A DNA stretch of 64,000 nt. It comes from Balanoglossus misakiensis. Lineage: Eukaryota > Animalia > Hemichordata. The DNA lies in NCBI GenBank assembly GCA_040954595.2, contig CM082586.2, forward strand, positions 525,123 to 589,122. The letters run 5' to 3'. Below the pieces are notes generated by a model that did no database searches, was not told the origin of the DNA, and saw nothing but the letters and a program-made list of their open reading frames with translations. The position numbers and the translations under genes are program-made. Shown in pieces: positions 40,832 through 64,000 of the stretch. Every line of letters begins with the position of its first letter. Position 1 is the stretch's first letter.

Positions 40832-41599
40832 CTACTTTTTTGCTGCTTGGTTTTGTTGTCTTGTGTTCAAATGTGACACCAGTTGAGTTTTCCAATCATC
40901 TTCGGTAACGAACTCCGCCCACTGCGGAACCGCTGCCGTTGGCAACACTATGTTGTTCATCGCGGCCTTGATTTGATCATCTGCTGCCATTGGTGATTTC
41001 CGTCTTTCCACTGATTCAACCGCACTGGAATACTGCGTGAAGGCCTCATCATGGAATGGTGCTGGTTTATGTGCCGGTAGAATTCTGGCGAGATGAGCTG
41101 GCAGGGTGGGTTGGTGAGTATCTGTGTTGGGATTTGTAGCCTCTGGTTCTGTCAGTCCACTAGCACCAATGTTTGATGAAGACACAGCTTCTATCTGAGA
41201 CAACAGAAGTTAAACACAGACCAAAGGTTGGATATTGCAAGTGACTGGTGCATGTGTGAATGTTGTTAACATAACGCTCGCCACCAGAGAATGGTACAGT
41301 CCACATCCTGACCAAGTGGCCGTACAAATTGACATGATCCTTCCTACCTCTTGTTGATTATCCGGTTCCTGTGGAAGTAACTGATATCCGGTCTCCAACC
41401 AATCCAACTCCGGATCTGCATCTGGATCTTCATCCGTCCAGCTCTCATCACTGCTGTGCTCACCTTCTCCCAATAATCCCATCTGCATTTCAACTTCACC
41501 GTCAACCTCATCCTCATTCGGATCATGATCAGCTCTCGGATCTCGTGGTATTGGCCCCATAGTCTTCTCGGAATTCTTGACAGTGCAGTCTTTAGACAT
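40832..41599 (-). CDS. MEA1: Male-enhanced antigen 1-like protein, about 204 aa; coding exons 41348-41599 and 40832-41194; probable non-coding first exon near 47173-47350
   Basis: Acidic N-terminal region with GYQLLPQEPD and C-terminal DQIKAAMNNIVLPTAAVPQWAEFVTEDDW match MEA1 motifs as I recall them (YQPLNQDP; VKRTMAGVSLP..VPAWA..ISDAQW). Confidence 0.8.
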
Positions 41600-43109
41600 T
41601 AAATATACAGCCTGCAAAAAATAAACACCAAAAGGAGTAACGTTAAACATAATTCTGTAAATTATTAATCAATATATACATGTAGAATTTGGATTTTGGC
41701 AATGTCAACAAGATAATGAATAGAGTCTATGGGGTCATGTAATATGTAGAATTGTATTGTATTTTTATCATAACATTGTATTGAGTTTTATGTATGATAA
41801 TCATATGTAATATGACTCAAATGAAAAAAGTCAATCTTCTATCCCAAACACACATATGTCTGTCATTTTGAGATATGGATGAATAATCTGTCAGAGAAGA
41901 ATGGTTTATGATTTCTGTGACCTTTCCAGTTGAATACATATTTAACATATGGTCTACAAAACTGTCTGCCCTCTGAACTGATAAAGTGATGTATGCTGAG
42001 TTGAAAACACTGATCATCTGTCACACAAAATTATATTTTTCATAATTCTGCAGCCTGGCTGACTTTCCCACACCATGTCATTATTTATGCAGTAAACAAA
42101 ACAGACCAACATGAATGCATGTCAAGCAAAAACCATTAAACGTAGGAACTGCAGCCTTTGAAACTCCCAGAATCTACTGACCTGTTGCACTATAATTTAG
42201 GAGCTAATCCCAAGTCAAACGTAGTCCTGTTGATCTTCCCTACCACAAGGATTCAATGAGGTCTACATGAACACAGGCCCATCCACTCAACTGCAGAATA
42301 TGTGAACCCATCTGCTCATTACCATATAGCTTTGTGGACTCATGTATTTATATTCTCATTTTGCTGTTCTAAATTTACATTCCTGGGTCTCCATAAATGA
42401 TGGACAATAAAAAAAATTCAAATAAGGGAAGATGATATCACATATGCCACACACAAAGGACTGTGTCATATTGTAAAACATGTCTTTTTAGCTAGCATGT
42501 TATTTTAGCTAATTTAGTCAGATGTGTAAATTTGCTAATTTAAGATGCCTCTAATTCAAACTTCTCTCTACATTTGCCATGGTTACGATTTCTTTATTGC
42601 TTGGTTACAAATCCGATAATTGAACTGAAAATCTAAATTCGCCTTCGCTAAAAAAGCATGCAGCAAATTCAAAGTGTTTAACAGTATATATAAGCTGGTA
42701 TACATGTATGTTATCATCATCACTATATGTTAACTGGACCGCGAGTATCACCCATGAAATTTCATGCCTGGCTGAACATGATATGTGAAGATATTAATGT
42801 AAAATTTATAACGATGTAATTACATGCCATGACAAGGTTTTATATTCTATGTCTGCTTTTATCAGTACAATACGACTATTATCTTCGCAGTTTACTTTCA
42901 TATGGACGTATCTTCTTACATGTCTTACAGTCGAATGTACCCTGAAATTTGGCTTTGTAGAAGAAATCATTTGTGAATTAATAGCGCCGGCATTGCCGAT
43001 ATACTCTTAACTCCAGTAAATTATTTGAAGTATAATCTCCTGATATTCTGAAAAACTGAGCATACACAATTGAGATTTTTTGTTTACAAGTATACGCTTC
43101 TGTAAAAAA

Positions 43110-45139
43110 ATGTCCATGCAAGATAGTATTCAGAATGCTGTATGAATTGAAAATTCAGGCTGTGAATGGATACAGATTCAGAGAGTGTTTGATTCAATCA
43201 CACCATGTAAAGGTCATGACACAGTATCTGGGCAATCGCCACATATAGTCGTTGCTACTCCTTGAGTCCTGAATGCCAAAGTTTCATAGGAAAGTTAATG
43301 ACAACACCAACACTTCAGAACAATATGAATGATATTCAAGAATTCCAGCAGCGTGTATATAACGTACATCTCACATACTTCAAGGGAAAAAAAAGACATT
43401 TTGACTTCTAAACATTTACTTTTATTCTGATGAATCCTCACAGAATGGTGACTGGAACAGTTGGAAATCAACTATACAAAGTCAGACCGCAATTACCAGG
43501 ACCTTGAGGAGTATAATTGCTCAAGGACACCACACAGTATATGCATACTAGGCCTACTAGGTAATGGAACCCTGGTTCTTTGATCATGAAGCCATCATCC
43601 CATAATGCCTTTGCTTGTTATATCAGATATCCATTATCATAAATTCATATACGCACCAAGGGCGTTTGAACAACCAAGTCAAGGTATACAGCAAGCTTTT
43701 TGCAAATTCATAACGCAAAATTTAAGAAGAACAAGAAAGAAAAGCGATGTGAAAATATCAGGACAACGATCACTCACCAATAGAGCAAACCAATCTGAGA
43801 TTCACAATGTGTGTTCCTTGGAGACTGCTGTAAATCGTTTCAAGGAAAAGACTAAAATAAAACACAGAAAATTGATATTTGTATCATAAACATAAGCACC
43901 TAGAGGAATAAAAGAAAGAGATTGTTTTGTCTTACATGACTTGCTGATTGGTAGAGAAGAGAACCCTTTGATATCAGCTGCCACAGCTGTATGGCTATGG
44001 GGCAAGAGAGAGATAAAATATGACGGGAACCACTTTGATGTCTTCATGGATGAAATAATCACTGATTCTTTCATTGTATGGGTTCACAAGTAACATGACC
44101 TGATCATAATGGATCTGTGAGGTTGCGGATAAAAGCCATCAATTAATACTGCGAAATTTCATACCATATTATTCAATGCTGCAGATCTAGAATATCTAGA
44201 TACATTACTCCTTACTTCCAGACATAAGTGGCAAATATTAAAGTGGTCTATCCAACAATTGTGGATAAATCGATAATCTGATTAAAATGATTAAAAGGAG
44301 ACAGACAAATTTATTCATATGGAAGCAAGAGTCATTGTGAACAAAACTGAGTGAATAAAATAGTTGCTGCATTTTCAATTCTTAAAAAAATATAAAAAGA
44401 AAAAGTGGGATTAATGATAGGGCAAATCATTATGTCTTCTCACGTCTAAACCTTCTCTTCGTAAATTAACTAGACTCTGGGGTTAACATTGACTTGTAGA
44501 GTGTTTTATGGACCAATTTACACGAATCACCTGCAACAGTAGACTTCCATTTTCACAAACAAGAATCAATCAGTCTACTAGTTGGTTAGGTCAAAGGAAT
44601 CCGGCAAAATCAGCAGTCAGCATTTTGTGGTTTACACACAGGGTAATGACAGAGTGGAATGAAATTCCTTGTTCAGACAAAAAGTCAAGACTCTGAAGGG
44701 AAACCACAATTACATTCTGATAACTGCAAAGAGCGAGAGAGAGAGAGAGAAAATGTTTCGCTGGAAATGGATGAATTGATTCAGGTCCTTTCATCATGCG
44801 GTTTTCTTTCAGCATGCCTTACTGCATTCACCAATTGATCAATTTCTGGCATTTTCTTCCTGAATATTCTGTTGTGGGCACTTAGTCAGAAATCCGAGAC
44901 AGAATTTCATTGGGAAATTTTAACCCTGTTTCAGGGATTATAGAATGTTGCAGTACATCAATGTCTGGTTTTGGAATATTTACTTAGTACCAGGAATACA
45001 CGCAATTGACATTCATTTCTGGGGAACACACAAAAAGCAACAGATAACAATCAACACATCGGTAAAGTTCAAGTCCACCTTAGAGTCTTTCAAGGGTCCT
45101 TTAAACGTCACGGGTAAAGAAAACATGGGCTTAGAATGA
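43110..45139 (+). pseudogene. Heavily decayed SAMD9/SAMD9L-like STAND NTPase pseudogene, antisense within the probable MEA1 5'UTR intron
   Basis: Collinear peptide blocks across many stops and frameshifts: YFKGKK/NIYFYSDES (43376-43437), YTKSDRNYQDLEEYNC (43473), SICILGLLGNGT (43536), MPLLVISD (43605), KERDCFVLHDLL..PLIS (43911), DTLLLTSRH (44199), VKFKSTLESFKGPL (45062). The order matches SAMD9 motifs recalled from memory; no search was run. Confidence 0.5.
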
Positions 45140-46761
45140 CAACTTACATAAAACCGATGGACCAAGGTTGCAACAGAATTACAATAATCCGAATCCTAGA
45201 CTCTCTCTTCAAAATATCTGCCACAGAGACAGCAAACTGATCAAATGACTAAGCTCTGAACCAGATGTGATATAAATGCATCATCTTACAAAGTCACCGT
45301 TTACGCAATACGACAGACTATATGTCTCTGCAAAAGGTGTTGTGAGTTCCATCTATGTTAAAGTACTCTCCATATATCACATCACCACAGACTTTATTTC
45401 CTACTTTACAACAGCAGGGATCATATGTGTTAAAACTTGATCTTTCCAGTGATTTCCAGGAGTTTTGCCAGTGATTTTTCAGGAGTTTTAAACCTCAAAG
45501 TGCTTTTTTCCATAGGTGTTTGTTCATGATTGGTGAGATTTTATGATCTCAAAAAGGACTATTAAAATCAGTTCTCCCAGCGACTTATAAACATGCATTG
45601 CAAGTCATGACTTGAGGTCCAATGTGATTGATTCCTACAGTTGTGTCAAATCATGCTTGTTTACTGGCTGTGGCTCTGTAAGGAGCTTTCCCACCATGAT
45701 CTCTGTCAGTATACACCTGTGTGATTTACACACATAAGCAGTTCACTGATGACATATCTAGCTGGGAGATAGATGACCTGAGTGCCTGGGAACAGACACA
45801 TTCATCTTCAGGAAGGCTCTTTCCTCAAGATTACAGCATCCGAGGTCCTACAGAACATTTATCGCCAGGAAGTAGACACAGTCTAGATCAAGCCTTCTTT
45901 TCCGATAAGCTATCACTGGGCTAGCAATGGGTTAGCTCAGGTTTGCATGGATGGTTTTTGTTATTGAAAATACAGTCACAATGTTAGTTTTTACTGATTT
46001 AATTTTACATGGTACTAGTTTTTACACAAATAAAAGACTTGGTATTTATCTCGAATGTAGAGTTTAGTATTCTTCATATGGAGTCAGAAATCAGCAAGAG
46101 AGGAGAAGAACATTTCTACTCTCCACGCTCAACTGTGATAGTTTGAAGTATTCACAGCCTGAAGACAAACATTACCTCTGATTGTGTCTAACAATGTCTA
46201 CAGTTGACCCTGGAGAGATCTCCCTCAGATGTCAACAGGTGACCTCTAAGCCATTAGTCTTTCCCTTAAAATGTCTGCAGTACCTGGACTTATTTCAACA
46301 GACATAAATAAGTCTTGCAATGGTCTCAATTAATCAGAGAGCTGGAGTATGGATGACAGGATCTGTGCAAGTATCATCTATTAGACTAAAGCTGAATGCA
46401 TCACTGACAAGCTTTGTTGAACTCTCAAATGAGACCAAGATGACTGCATTATTGTTGACAAAAATCGACTGATTTGAACCACAGTCCCTATACCAACATA
46501 TGAGGTTTTATTTCTTTGTCATAAATCTGTAAAAGAGACATTATGAAATTCTTGTCATTAACATAAAAGTGTCATCCTATTTATCTACGAGCCATCTGAG
46601 CCTAATGTGGGGAGACATTAATGTTTATGATTGTCTATGAAACAAGCGTACATTTCATATTACATGAACATCCAGTGAAACGTGAATACAAATATATGAC
46701 GAAAACACTGTAGGCTTACATTTAAATTTTACCAGACATTTGTTGTATTCTGAGAAATGGG

Positions 46762-46793
<32 letters not shown>

Positions 46794-46852
46794 GTGATGG
46801 TGATGATGATGATGATGATGATGATGGTGATGGTGATGGTGATGATGATGAT
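46762..46852. repeat. (GAT/GGT)n microsatellite
   Basis: About 30 tandem gat/ggt triplets. Confidence 0.95.
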
Positions 46853-47228
46853 CCAATGAGGAATAAGTTAACTAGAAAATCTACCTTGACCTTGACTGGT
46901 TATTTGCTGTTCTCGTTCCAGGGGCGACAGTAGCACAACGAGAAAAGCAAAGATCCAGCCTGTTTTATTCATTATAATCCATGCAACGCTCCTGGGTCTA
47001 TGGATGCAATCGACAATGCAAATTAAGTCTCAATTGATTCCGGATATACAATCATGCATTACTGTAACACTTCGCTTGGCCCGCTCATACAGTACGGAGA
47101 GGCTAATGCATCAGTTACAACTGTAGTCAAAGAAATCAAGCGAAGGTGCCGTACGATCGTCCGCATACTTACCGTTTGCGTAATATATACCCCTTGATCA
47201 GCAGCTAGAGTCACCAAACGCCAACCAA

Positions 47229-47620
47229 GTTACCCGGGCAACGAAGTTACAAGTATCTTCGCCTGCGTTTTGCTCAGATCAGACGTTGGATGTCCACTGT
47301 CGCTTGCTAACCACTTAACGCTAGCCTCAAGAAGACAGCGAACACATCTTCCTTTCTGCGTTTCTTTATATATATACACAAAAATACAACGGAACTGTCC
47401 GAGTAGATGGCGCTATCACAAATTGCAAGCTCCCAGCTGAGTGCCTGCAGTCAGGTGACCTACACGTGACCTATGTTGTCCTTTCCTGGGTTTGTTTACC
47501 GCCCTCTATGGGCGCTTCTTTTGTTTTACCCGGAAGGAGGATATCTCAGAAAACCACGTTCAGTCTCACGCGAGTACAGTTTCAATGACGTCAGTCTCAT
47601 AACAAGTCAATATGGCGGAG
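47229..47620. promoter_or_regulatory. Probable bidirectional CpG-rich promoter of MEA1 and OXR1/NCOA7
   Basis: X-box GTTACCCGGGCAAC at 47229-47242; CTCF-like CGAGTAGATGGCGCTA at 47400-47415; GTCAGGTGAC at 47450-47459 and CACGTGAC at 47463-47470; ETS CCGGAAG near 47529; minus-strand donor near 47172. Confidence 0.6.
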
Positions 47621-47926
47621 ATTTTGTGGGGAAGGACGTATCCAATGTTCGTTAAATTTCCGTATTGAGATTTCCATCTCGGAACGGTGGATTTTAGCGT
47701 TCGCATTCACAAGCAAAATTCCACAGAGGAAACGTTTATCATTGCAGCATATTTTGCAGCTCCGGTCGAGAAGAACCTGATAAGAAGAAGTTCATACGAA
47801 TCAATGGCAGTTGTGTTGTGATTTTGGACTCTGGTCAAAAACCACTGTTATTTAGGCTAATATCTGCGTAGCTTCGTGATATCATCATTGAATATCAACA
47901 CCGGGTCGTCGACTTATTCTGTTACC

Positions 47927-60035
<12,109 letters not shown>

Positions 60036-62899
60036 ACGCATGATGTGCTGTTGACAGACATCTCCTTGTGCTATCTGTGGACTGTCAAATAATTTGATAG
60101 TTACCAGTCTTTGCCGTGAAGAAAGATATTTATGTTGCTAACATCATTTAAAGTATAGTGCAGACAAGGGATAAGTTGATTCAAAATATCAGGGAAGGGA
60201 TCAAAACTGACGTACACTCAAGATGATCAAGTTTGATTCCACTCACATGCAACAACTCAGATGAATTCTGCAGAAGAGTAATTCTGCATAAATGTTGTCA
60301 TACAACTTGAAATCATACTCGAGGCCAGCATTGTTATTGATAAATTGATTTAAATGTGGACATTTCTCTCGTCCACAAAAATATATGTTACTCATGGACA
60401 GGCAGCTGTAAGAAGTGAAGCATTAGACATATCAACATGCTTTCACAAGAAATTGGACTTCATAGACAATTGTCAGAAGATGAAGCGACTGTTTTTAAGA
60501 GGGCAGTATAAAGACTTATTTTTCCCTGATTTGCTTGAAATATGCAAAGGTTAACCCCACCCATATTGTGCATGATAGTTACGTAGATGGATTTGGTGTT
60601 AATTTCCTTCCCCTGTGCGCTGGGATATACATGGCTTGTGGGTCTGGGAATTGACCTGATTCTTAGCATGATGGTGTCATAGATGCTAGCTTTTCTAGAA
60701 TTCTAATCTAGTGTAAATGGATCCAGCCAATGGGTGCAGTGGTAATCATCAACTCTCACCTATGCAAGTTTAGCTACAGTTACTGTAGACTTCCCATTCA
60801 CAGATGTTCATGTCGTGACCATATGAAAGAAGTGTTGATATCAATGGAATGCTGTATCACACAATTCTCATCACCCCCTTCTTCAGCACTAATTTGGTAA
60901 AACCCTTTTGTTACAAGGGTATGGTTGAACCCATGTACTTGGGAATGGGGGAGGATAAGGGTAAGGAAAAAGTTGGCATCTGTTGGTGAGGTTTATCTTG
61001 GTGCTGTCACAGAAACTTCAAATGATCATGTGAAGTTCTCAACGCAGCAGTTCTGGAGAAGAGAATATATCCTCAGTTTGAACCAAACTTTTAGGGTCTT
61101 GAAAAAAAAACTCTTTACCATTCACAGGAACTGTTTTGAAAATAGAAAAGAAATACAGGTTCTTTAGAGATGATGAACATCCAACTTTTATTAATTTTTT
61201 TGCTAAATGTATTTACAGAAACTTAAACGTAACAAATTATTAGATGAGAGTTCCTGTCATTTTGGGAAATAATCAGTTTACTAGGTGCAATTCTTCTGTA
61301 AGATTTATGGAAAAAAGTTGAACATATTTCATTGGTCTACTTAAGTTAAACCTTTTTGAATTGAAACTAGCGCAAAGTTCCCAACCAATGCATGCAACAC
61401 CTGAATGATATCAATATTGAAAATAACTCTAGTATTGCAAATTGTTCAGAGAATTCAAGTGTTTCCATGTGTTACTTCGTAGTCTCAGCAATGTGGCATA
61501 AAGGTTAGTCATATTTTTCCAGAATTGTAATATACCATGCTGTCCATAATACATGGATTGTATTTGTTCATGAAGATCAGAAATTAAAAAAAAAAGACAA
61601 CTTTGAGGAACTCAAAAAGGGGTTTCATATCACATCCAAAATGTCAACATCACTGTCTGTGATTGACATTGTACTATTCGTTAATTCTTCCAATATCATT
61701 GAAGTACACAAAATGTACTTCTGGTGTAAATTTAAACTTCCAAAACTTTAACAGTTTCTGTGAAGGTCATAGAAATTTACAAGAATGACTAAATTAGGTT
61801 GTAAATTTTCCAATTTTTGTGAAAGTAGTTTATTTCTAGTTGTAGGTCCCAGTACTTTTTCAATACAAGTGTGTCTATTTCAGGGACAAGCGAAAAAAAG
61901 TCATATTTGTTTTGTCTGTTTTGTTATTATTGACAGAGTGTGCTAAGTTGTGTTGCTCTGTTAGTTTACTGTGTAAACACTGTAACAGTCACATGTCCAC
62001 ATTCTGGCAAATGTTGTTGCTCAGACTTTGGGGGAAATGTTGATGTGTAACTGTCAGCATTTAGAGTAATGTCGCCTCAGGGCATTTATTGACAACTTTT
62101 GTAGAAATGCATAGTGTTGAAATTTACTTGTGGAGCCCAGTAGAGACATAATATGAGGGAGGTTTGTTTGTAGAAGTGAGAATGATATCAGAAACAAAAG
62201 GTGTTCAGTAAAGTTTTCAAAGTTGTAGCAGAAAAAATAAGCCCATGATAGTTATAGCTCCTCTGTCTTGTATAAGGCCAAACCAAAAGAAAATGATGGG
62301 GCTTTTCCAAAATACTAAAATAAATGAGGTGATGTAAGATTATATGCCCTCACTATGGATAGATCAGTATTTACCTGTTTTATAGAAAGCTGAATGTGTA
62401 ATTTAAAAATATCAAAAGACATTTGTGTTCATAGGTCCTAAGTGAAATGACATTTTGAATGAGTATGTGGAAGTGCACCCTCTTGTGAAAGAATCCTCAA
62501 TAATGTTACTCTAACAGGTGCTAGGCTTTGGTTCAATGTCAGGAGAAATATTCCAATGTTTTGTCAAGTGCTGTATATGAAATTGCCAAGCTATTTAGTA
62601 TGGAACTTGTGTTTAAAGGATTACTGCAGTGATGTGTTGACAATAGCTGAGTATATACTCCCAGTTATTCTGTGATCTGGACAGTATCCTATTGTAAATA
62701 AAATTCTGTTCAAGCTGAGTGAGAACCACTGAGTTTTTCTGATCATGCGATAGAGTCTGGACAGCGCTGAAACATCTGGTTAACAACATGGAAATAGAAA
62801 GTAGTTCTGCACTGCGTTGTTTGCAGTGTAGCTGCTGGGTTATTCCTGGTTCTGGTTGGAACCACAAAAGAAGTGATAGATATTTTAGGATTCAAATGT

Positions 62900-63657
62900 T
62901 CATGACAGCCATGGTTGTGATGATGTCATTGAATGAAACACTTCATCAGCTTTAAGGTTCAACTCCAAACACTTCAAGCAGTTGATCAGAACTTCCCAAG
63001 TTGCACTGCGGTTATTCAACATCCTCCAGGCTGTTAGCATGGCAATGGCTTGTCTCTCACTGTTGCCATAGTGATCTGCACTCACTGCGTCCATTTTGTT
63101 CAATGGAACTCCTAGAACTAAACCGACTTGATAGAAATCCGTTGATATTATTTTAGCAATGAATACCAACTTGTCGTCTGGTATAATATCTGGAATGACA
63201 AATGTGCAAAACATGTTACACACAACAGATAAATCATCTTTAAAGAATGTTGTGTACTTGCATGAATATTTATAAATGTAATCTTGAAAAGAGAATGTAT
63301 ACCTTTCAATATCCCAGCTCTGTGACAAATTTCACTGTCTGTGACATCATGGTCTGTGCATTGTACTGGTCTTTGAGATTCGACGGTTTCGGTCAAGACG
63401 TTAACAAGATGGTTTTGTTTAGATCCAACTTTCAAACTTTTCACCAAAGCTCTGAATGCATCATCACCTCCACAAAGTAGTAACTCCAGCAATCTCTGAT
63501 TTTTGTCTGTCTTGGTTTTATTTCCCGTGTTTTTGATGTCTGACACCATATCCAGTGTGAGAGCGCCCTCCTGAACAAGATATGGGAGCACATAATCTGT
63601 GTTGATCTCCTCCAATAGTTGTACGTAGTTTCTTTCAATTATCTGGCGTTGTGTCAT
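62900..63657 (-). CDS. CARD plus death-domain adaptor protein (CRADD/RAIDD-like architecture); exons 63303-63657 and 62900-63189
   Basis: CARD: QRQIIERNYVQLLEEINTDYVLPYLVQEGALT..QRLLELLLCGGDDAFRALVKSL..QNHLVNVL. Death domain: DDKLVFIAKIISTDFYQVGLVLGV..QAIAMLTAWR..ATWEVLINCL..KADEV. Joined by a phase-1 GT-AG intron. An upstream exon at about 63823-63953 is of uncertain coding status. Confidence 0.85.
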
Positions 63658-64000
63658 AGTGAAACTTTAACGAAAGAGATAATTTACTTTACAGATATGT
63701 TGATATAAATGGCTGATCAAAGGCAAGAACAATATTGCTGACACTTCTCTATACATTTGAAAAGTTGTTTTTCTCGAATGTGTAAAAAAAGTTTAGAAAA
63801 ACAAGGGTTATGCCATACTCACCTGGTAGGCCAATCCGTTTCCTCCAGGCGTCTATTTCCAATTGAGAAAGACCTCGGCAAACTGGTCCGAAATCAGTCA
63901 CGTCTAAGTATGGAAATAAGTGCCTTGAATTGTTCTGTGCGCCTTGTGTAGAACTAAAATACCAAAACTTTATCTTGACGCTGTAGATACCTTCCAAGAC

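Noticed and set aside
43990-44130. Alpha-kinase-like reading HDLIIMDL*GCG
   Set aside because: It is an isolated motif; the flanking collinear blocks fit a SAMD9-like protein better.
62600-62899. SECIS element that might explain the TGA upstream of the CARD-DD ORF
   Set aside because: The ATGA near 62745 lacks a convincing stem, apical AA and GA quartet geometry.

Overview
This is gene-dense eukaryotic (metazoan, probably bilaterian invertebrate) genomic DNA with short GT-AG introns. It is not prokaryotic, and I saw no rRNA, tRNA or CRISPR array. Genes in order: NPC1 (-, 3' end runs off the window) head-to-head with SLC17A5/sialin (+); PHF20/PHF20L1 (-); PDCL3 (-); a 127-aa two-exon gene for a predicted myristoylated IRS-type PTB protein (+, FRS2-like, absent from the ORF track); an intronless class I methyltransferase-like ORF (-); an NHL-repeat protein without RING/B-box (-); MEA1 (-) head-to-head with OXR1/NCOA7 (+); and a CARD plus death-domain adaptor (-). 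The main hidden features are: (1) a near-perfect 426-bp foldback MITE inserted 13 nt before a sialin splice acceptor; (2) a heavily decayed SAMD9-like NTPase pseudogene inside the probable MEA1 5'UTR intron; (3) clustered CLEAR/SRE/CCAAT motifs in the NPC1-sialin bidirectional promoter; (4) a probable short TLDc-only OXR1 isoform; (5) an in-frame TGA / ATGA-overlap puzzle upstream of the CARD-DD ORF. All homology calls come from reading translations and recalling family sequences; no database search was run.
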